Shown: positions 58,849 through 64,000 of the stretch, in pieces | How the letters are laid out: each line of letters starts with the position of its first letter | How positions within the stretch are numbered: position 1 is the stretch's first letter | NCBI GenBank assembly: GCA_965203355.1 | Contig: OZ241889.1 | Location: 2,560,001-2,624,000 of the forward strand | Length of the DNA: 64,000 nucleotides | Direction: 5' to 3' | Origin: Candidatus Latescibacterota bacterium | GTDB lineage: Bacteria; Latescibacterota; UBA2968; UBA8231 | The notes under the pieces: generated by a model | The model's input: only the letters and a program-made list of their open reading frames with translations | Told to the model about the DNA's origin: nothing | Databases searched by the model: none | Position numbers and translations under genes: made by a program

Positions 58849-59537
58849 ACGACAAAATTTTGATTGTAGAGGACGAGCCCGACATCCTCAATTTGGTCTC
58901 GTACCATCTAGAGCAATCCGGGTTTTCGGTCGTGTCAGCCGAGGACGGAGAAAAGGCGCTGAGCGCGATTGAGCAAGAGAGGGTCGGCCTCGTGATCTTG
59001 GATTTGATGTTGCCGGGGATCAGTGGCTTAGAGGTCTGCCGCTTCCTCAAGCAAAATCCCCGCACCAAGGGCATCCCGGTCTTGATGCTGACGGCGCGCG
59101 CCGAAGAGCTCGATCGCATCGTCGGCTTGGAACTAGGGGCGGACGATTACTTGGTCAAGCCCTTTTCCCCGCGCGAGCTCGTCTTGCGCATCCACGCCAT
59201 ATTGCGCCGCATCTACCGGCGCGACGAAACCGAAACCGCACAGATCGTAGCTGGCCCCTTGGCCATCGACTTGGTGGGATGTCAGGTGCAACTGGGCCGC
59301 GACATTATCGAATTAACCGCGACCGAGTTCAAGCTCCTGAAGACCCTGGCGCAGCGGCGCGGCCGGGTGCAGTCGCGGGAAGAATTGCTCAAGGTGGTGT
59401 GGGGCTACGAGTACATTGGCTATAGTCGCACGGTTGATACGCACATCCGCCGCCTGCGGGAAAAGCTCGGGGCGGCCGCCGAACTGGTCGAAACCGTGCG
59501 CGGTATGGGCTATCGCTTTCGCCGAGAGGGCCGCTAG
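58845..59537 (+). CDS. phoB: OmpR-family response regulator PhoB/PhoP
   Basis: IVEDE, LDLMLPG, GADDYLVKPFS, RTVDTHIRRLR; operon context. Confidence 0.92.
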   Translation: MNDKILIVEDEPDILNLVSYHLEQSGFSVVSAEDGEKALSAIEQERVGLVILDLMLPGISGLEVCRFLKQNPRTKGIPVLMLTARAEELDRIVGLELGADDYLVKPFSPRELVLRIHAILRRIYRRDETETAQIVAGPLAIDLVGCQVQLGRDIIELTATEFKLLKTLAQRRGRVQSREELLKVVWGYEYIGYSRTVDTHIRRLREKLGAAAELVETVRGMGYRFRREGR

Positions 59538-60847
59538 TGCGCCTCGGGTGGGCCTGGCTGCTGAGCAACGCGCTTTTGGCCGTGCTCGTTTGGTGGAGTG
59601 CCCACATCGCGCTCGCGCTCGCGCTCGCCGCGCTTTGGACCGCTGGCCAAGTCTGGTGGTGGCGCCGCGCCGCCCGCCAGCAGGGCGTGCAGTTGCGCCA
59701 GCGCGCCGAAGCGGCTCTCGGCGACCCGACTTGGTTGGCGCCGTTCCATTCCGAGCTAGCGCGGGCCTTTGCGGATTTCGCCGAGCGCATACAACAGCGC
59801 GTCCATCAACTAGCAAGCGAAAAAAGCCGTTTAGAGGTCATCCTCGAAAGCATTACCGAGGCTATCTTGGTCGTCGATCGCGATGGCCGCGTGGTGCTGG
59901 CCAACCAGGCGCTGATCAACCTGTTTGACTTAGAGCCACCGCTCGAGGGGCTGTTGACCGCCGAGGTCGTGCGTTACGCCGCCATCCAAGACGCGCTAAC
60001 CGGGTGTTTGGCCGAAGGGCACCGTCGAGCAATGGAAGTGGAGCTAACCGGCGCACCAGAGTGCCATTTGGACATGCAGGTCGCGCCGATCCTCGAAGGG
60101 AACGAGTGCATCGGCGCGGTAGCGGTCCTCTACGACATTACGCGCCTGCGCCAGCTAGAGCGGATGCGCCGCGACTTTGTGGCCAATGTGTCCCACGAAC
60201 TGTGTACGCCGTTGACAGCCATCAAGGGCTATGCCGAGATTTTATCCGATGGCGCACTCGACGACCGAGCGACCGCGCGTCGCTTCACGGGCATTATCGA
60301 AAATCACGCCGACCGCCTGACCCACTTGCTCGGCGATTTGCTCAACCTGTCGCGGCTGGAGTCCGATCAATTAGAAGTCGAGTTGGCTCCTTGTGCGCTC
60401 AAGCCCTTAGTCGATACGTCTGTTGGCTCGGTCAGCCAAGCCGCCGCGCAAAAGCAAATTGCCATTCACTGCGACATTCCGCCGTCTGTTCAGGTGGTCT
60501 GCGACGCCAAATTGATCGAGCGCGCCCTTATCAATTTGCTCGACAACGCCGTCAAATACACGCCCGCTGGCGGCAAAGTCCGCATTGGTACGCGGCCTGT
60601 CGAAGGCGCGGATCGCCGGACGATTTACGTCGAAGATACGGGTATTGGGATCCCCTCCGAGGACTTGGGGCGGATCTTTGAGCGTTTCTATCGGGTTGAC
60701 AAGGGGCGCTCGCGCACGCTCGGCGGCACGGGTTTGGGATTGTCCATCGTGCGCCACATCGCCGAGGCTCACGGCGCGCAAGTAAGTGTGCAGAGCAAGT
60801 TAGGAGCGGGGACGACTTTCAGTTTTGAATTGCAAAGCCTTAGTTAA
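59537..60847 (+). CDS. phoR: Sensor histidine kinase PhoR (PAS-HisKA-HATPase)
   Basis: RRDFVANVSHEL.TPLT, NLLDNAVKY, IFERFYRVDKGRSR, GGTGLGL. Confidence 0.92.
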   Translation: MRLGWAWLLSNALLAVLVWWSAHIALALALAALWTAGQVWWWRRAARQQGVQLRQRAEAALGDPTWLAPFHSELARAFADFAERIQQRVHQLASEKSRLEVILESITEAILVVDRDGRVVLANQALINLFDLEPPLEGLLTAEVVRYAAIQDALTGCLAEGHRRAMEVELTGAPECHLDMQVAPILEGNECIGAVAVLYDITRLRQLERMRRDFVANVSHELCTPLTAIKGYAEILSDGALDDRATARRFTGIIENHADRLTHLLGDLLNLSRLESDQLEVELAPCALKPLVDTSVGSVSQAAAQKQIAIHCDIPPSVQVVCDAKLIERALINLLDNAVKYTPAGGKVRIGTRPVEGADRRTIYVEDTGIGIPSEDLGRIFERFYRVDKGRSRTLGGTGLGLSIVRHIAEAHGAQVSVQSKLGAGTTFSFELQSLS

Positions 60848-61214
60848 GATCGCGATAAGGTGCTCGGCGTGGGTCGCCTTGGCGGCTGGCTGCGCGGGCG
60901 AGCGCGACGACGGCCAAGGTGCCGTGGAACAGGGCAAGGCCCTCTTCGCGCGCAATGGGTGTGCGGTGTGCCACGGGCCGGCCGGTCGCGGCGATGGCCC
61001 AGTCGCGGCAACGCTCCAGCCTCCCCCGCGCGACTTTCGCGATCCGGCCACCTACAAAAACGGCCACAGCCAAGCCGCCATTGCCCGCACGATTCAAAAG
61101 GGAATGCCCGGCACTCCCATGCCGGGCTATGGGCATCTGTCGGCCGAGGAACGCGCACAAATTGCCACTTATATCCGCTCTTTGCTGAAGAAAGAAAATG
61201 AAGACACGCCTTAG
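60825..61214 (+). CDS. Monoheme cytochrome c lipoprotein (start uncertain)
   Basis: LAAGC lipobox, CAVCH, GRGDGP, PPRDF, distal MPG. Confidence 0.85.
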   Translation: MNCKALVKIAIRCSAWVALAAGCAGERDDGQGAVEQGKALFARNGCAVCHGPAGRGDGPVAATLQPPPRDFRDPATYKNGHSQAAIARTIQKGMPGTPMPGYGHLSAEERAQIATYIRSLLKKENEDTP

Positions 61215-62292
61215 CTTTTTGCTCTTATTCGCGTGGGGCCTGCTGTTTTTTGCCGCGCCCGGTCCCGTTCACGCCCACAAGCTCAACACCAGTTACACAA
61301 ATTTGATCGCGGAAGAGACCGCGCTCAAAGTGCGCGTACGCATGGACGATTTTGACCTGCTGAAGGTCGGCCTCGATCAAAACGGGGACAGCCTGCTGTT
61401 CCACGAAGAGATGGTGGCCGGTCTCGACGTTGCATTTGCCTTTGTCGAGGAGCAGATGCGCCTGCGCGCCAACGGCCAGCCGCTCACACTCGTGCGCGAG
61501 CGGGGGGACATCACCCCGGACAATCAGGGCAATATGTTCGCCAATTTGTACTTCAGCGCCGAGGTGGAAGCCCCGGTCGGCGCGCTAGCGGTGTGGATTG
61601 GCTGGCCGGCGCGCTTTGGGGACGCGCACAAAAACTTGGCCAAGATCATGTTGCCCGGTCAGCCGCTCGTGCAAGCCGTGTTTTCGGCGGAATCGCCGCA
61701 GCAGACTTTTGCTGGCGAGAAGGCGCTGTGGGACCATCTATACGAGTTCACGGTGCTCGGGGTGGAGCACATTTTTCTCGGCTACGACCACGTCCTGTTT
61801 CTGCTGGCACTCATTGTGGTGGGCGGTCGCCTGCTCAGCTTGGTCAAGGTCGTCACGGCCTTCACCGTGGCCCACAGCATCACCCTCTGCTTGGCCGCCC
61901 TGGAAGTCGTCCGGCTGCCGAGCCAGTGGATTGAGGCTGGCATCGCCTTGAGCATCGTGTACGTCGCGGTGGAAAATTTTTGGCTCAAGCGCACGGACTA
62001 CCGCTGGATGATCACTTTTGCCTTTGGGTTGGTGCATGGGTTTGGCTTTGCCAATGTGCTGCGCGAGTTGGGATTGCCCACGCGCGGGCTGGTTGCTTCG
62101 CTGTTTGCGTTCAACGCCGGCGTGGAGATCGGTCAGGTAGCTATTGTCGCGCTCGTCTTTCCGCTGATCGCTTGGCTCGGTCGGCAGTCCTATCAGCGCA
62201 CGGTCGTCTTGGTGGTGTCGGCGGTGATTGGGCTGTTTGGGTTGGGCTGGTTTGTCGAGCGGGTTTTGGGGCTGGAGTATATGCCGCTGTGA
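61198..62292 (+). CDS. HupE/UreJ family membrane protein with an N-terminal periplasmic domain
   Basis: GVEHIFLGYDHVLF, TAFTVAHSITL, FGLVHGFGF, FNAGVEIGQ. Confidence 0.9.
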   Translation: MKTRLSFLLLFAWGLLFFAAPGPVHAHKLNTSYTNLIAEETALKVRVRMDDFDLLKVGLDQNGDSLLFHEEMVAGLDVAFAFVEEQMRLRANGQPLTLVRERGDITPDNQGNMFANLYFSAEVEAPVGALAVWIGWPARFGDAHKNLAKIMLPGQPLVQAVFSAESPQQTFAGEKALWDHLYEFTVLGVEHIFLGYDHVLFLLALIVVGGRLLSLVKVVTAFTVAHSITLCLAALEVVRLPSQWIEAGIALSIVYVAVENFWLKRTDYRWMITFAFGLVHGFGFANVLRELGLPTRGLVASLFAFNAGVEIGQVAIVALVFPLIAWLGRQSYQRTVVLVVSAVIGLFGLGWFVERVLGLEYMPL

Positions 62293-62374
62293 GCGCGGGC
62301 AGCGTCTATGTGGTACATTAATCCTTAATAAGCGGTTGATACTCTCCTGTTTTAACCATCCATATTGAGGCTAT

Positions 62375-62635
62375 ATGAGCAAAACGTGGCAGGTACAAGA
62401 GGCAAAGGCGCGATTTGGCGAACTTCTCGAAGCGAGTCTAAAAGAAGGGCCGCAGGTCGTGACCAAGCGCGGCGTGGAGACGGCGGTGCTCGTCCCCATA
62501 GCTCAATGGCGGAAGTTGGAGAAGAGAGCCGAGCCAACCTTGAAGGACTTGATGCTGGCGTCTGGAGCTAAGACGGAATCCCTTACCCCGCCGCGCCAAC
62601 ACCAGTGCCAGCGGGCGACGCAGGTCTTTGAGTAG
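62375..62635 (+). CDS. Phd/YefM family antitoxin
   Basis: WQVQEAKARFGELL...GPQVVTKRG...AVLV. Confidence 0.88.
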   Translation: MSKTWQVQEAKARFGELLEASLKEGPQVVTKRGVETAVLVPIAQWRKLEKRAEPTLKDLMLASGAKTESLTPPRQHQCQRATQVFE

Positions 62636-62640
62636 GCTTC

Positions 62641-62706
62641 GTGTATCTCCTCGATACCAATGTCGTCTCGGAGTTGCGCCGTGTTAGGTCGCTACTGGTG
62701 GAGTAG
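62641..62706 (+). pseudogene. Truncated VapC/PIN toxin
   Basis: (M)YLLDTNVVSELRR then stop after 21 codons. Confidence 0.8.
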
Positions 62707-62782
62707 GGATTAAGTCGGCTCAACCATTGTTTTGTCTTCTAAAACATACGTGAGTTATATTTATATGAGGAGGATTCAGGTG

Positions 62783-63073
62783 ATGTCGAAATTGTCGGCG
62801 GGGCTAAAGAATAAGCAAGCCTATCTCATGTATTGGGCGCTAGTTTGCGCCCTCTGCGTAGGAGTGGGGGCTTGCTCGACAGATACCTTGATGGCCCCCA
62901 AGAGCAATGCACAGAGCGCCAGAGAATTGGAGGACTCAGGCGATGTCGAAATCATCGGCGAGATTGAAGAAGTCGAGGAGGACTCAGGCGATGTCGAAAT
63001 CATCGGCGAGATTGAAGAAGTCGAGGAGAAATTAGGCGATGCACAAATCACCGGAGAAATCGAGGAGGACTGA
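62783..63073 (+). CDS. Short lipoprotein with an acidic tandem-repeat tail
   Basis: GAGGAGG SD; MSKLSAGLKNKQAYLMYWALVCALCVGVGAC lipobox; EDSGDVEIIGEIEEV repeats. Confidence 0.6.
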   Translation: MSKLSAGLKNKQAYLMYWALVCALCVGVGACSTDTLMAPKSNAQSARELEDSGDVEIIGEIEEVEEDSGDVEIIGEIEEVEEKLGDAQITGEIEED

Positions 63074-63105
63074 GGCGATGTCGAAATCATCGGCGAGATT
63101 GAAGA
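62930..63105 (+). repeat. Tandem ~48-bp repeats (about four copies, third degenerate and shorter)
   Basis: Unit GAGGACTCAGGCGATGTCGAAATCATCGGCGAGATTGAAGAA(GTCGAG). Confidence 0.9.
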
Positions 63106-64000
63106 ATAAGCAAGCCTATCTCATGTATTGGGTGCTAGTTTGTGCCCTCTGCGTAGGAGTGGGGGCTTGCTCGGATAGTGCTCTGATACAGCCAGAAGCC
63201 AGCGACAGCGGCGCGGCGTCTTTCGTTATCAGCAGCAAGGTCGTCGCTGCGACTTTGTCGCGTGTTGAGGTGGTTATAACGGGCTCAAATATGGATGAGA
63301 TACGTCAGGATCTGACCATAGATGAAGACACGATTACTGGGGTTGTGCAAAACATACCCGCCGGGAACGAACTCCGTTTTACCCTGAATGGGTACGATTC
63401 CTCTGACAACTTAGTCTATAGTGGGTCGGCAATGGCCGATGTGGTTGCCGGAGAGCAGGTAACGGTCAGAATTACAATGAAAAAGCAGGAAGACAAGATA
63501 TATTGGTTCAATGCCGGTAGCGACAGTATTGGTTTTTATCGCGCTAACCTCGACGGCTCCAAAGAGGAAAAAATCTTAGGCTTCACGTGCTGCTTTTCTT
63601 TAGGAGGACTGGTTATAGACGTGAGCAGCCGCAAGATGTATTGGACTTACCGCTCCCCCGGCAGGCCCGACCGCATTCTACGTAACAACCTCGATGGCTC
63701 ACAGATCGAAAACCTTGTTATCGAGCTCTCTGATCCATGGGGACTGGCTTTAGATGTGGGCGGTGGCAAGATGTATTGGGTAGATGATGGCACGAACAAG
63801 ATTCAACGTGCCAACCTCCTTGATGGCTCACAAGTCGAAGACCTCGTCAGCGTCGTCCATCATCCAAGGAGACTGGCTTTAGATGTGGGCGGTGGCAAGA
63901 TGTATTGGACAGAGCATAGCTCGCGCAAGATTCAACGCGCCAACCTTGATGGCTCACAAGTCGAAGACCTCGTCAGCGGTCTGAGTCGGCCAGAGGGACT
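63078..64000 (+). CDS. Lipoprotein with LDL-receptor class B (YWTD) repeats, 3' end outside window; absent from the ORF track
   Basis: Manual translation open to window end: MSKSSARLKNKQAYLMYWVLVCALCVGVGAC...LALDVGGGKMYW..KIQRANLDGSQVEDLV repeated. Confidence 0.88.
   Translation, partial: MSKSSARLKNKQAYLMYWVLVCALCVGVGACSDSALIQPEASDSGAASFVISSKVVAATLSRVEVVITGSNMDEIRQDLTIDEDTITGVVQNIPAGNELRFTLNGYDSSDNLVYSGSAMADVVAGEQVTVRITMKKQEDKIYWFNAGSDSIGFYRANLDGSKEEKILGFTCCFSLGGLVIDVSSRKMYWTYRSPGRPDRILRNNLDGSQIENLVIELSDPWGLALDVGGGKMYWVDDGTNKIQRANLLDGSQVEDLVSVVHHPRRLALDVGGGKMYWTEHSSRKIQRANLDGSQVEDLVSGLSRPEG

Noticed and set aside
60190-60215. PhoR H-box HELCTP instead of HELRTP as a redox switch
   Set aside because: A single C-to-T change explains it; no support without homologues or reads.
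62930-63105. Possible CRISPR array
   Set aside because: Units are contiguous with no unique spacers and derive from a gene start region.
1-64000. tRNA, rRNA or prophage genes
   Set aside because: None recognised by eye; tRNAscan-SE and Infernal would be needed to exclude small RNAs.

Overview
GC-rich bacterial chromosome segment, mostly housekeeping and transport genes: hom-apgM-asd, lysC, recG, trpBA, glgC, an orphan murG-mraY pair, and a full pstSCAB-phoU-phoB-phoR operon with a divergent TonB receptor. 'QNYPNPFN' sorting domains, a TonB receptor and an LDL-receptor YWTD-repeat lipoprotein suggest an FCB-group organism, perhaps a Latescibacterota-like animal or sponge symbiont (inference, not verified). 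Main oddities: (1) an AT-rich restriction-modification pair with a circularly permuted C5 methylase, inserted into the hom-apgM-asd operon between 122-bp direct repeats with no mobility gene; (2) an ECF sigma / membrane anti-sigma / exported caspase-beta-barrel triad that looks like a proteolytic trans-envelope signalling system; (3) 11-bp-phased Pho boxes linking a TonB receptor and a secreted beta-helix protein to the Pho regulon; (4) a MurG-HEAT-repeat fusion; (5) a duplicated RBS plus signal-peptide cassette whose start region is tandemly amplified and read in another frame; (6) several decayed genes (cas6, vapC, M20, AAA-nuclease, two SDRs). No rRNA, tRNA, CRISPR array, transposase or integrase was seen. 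All calls are by eye from motifs; no searches were run.
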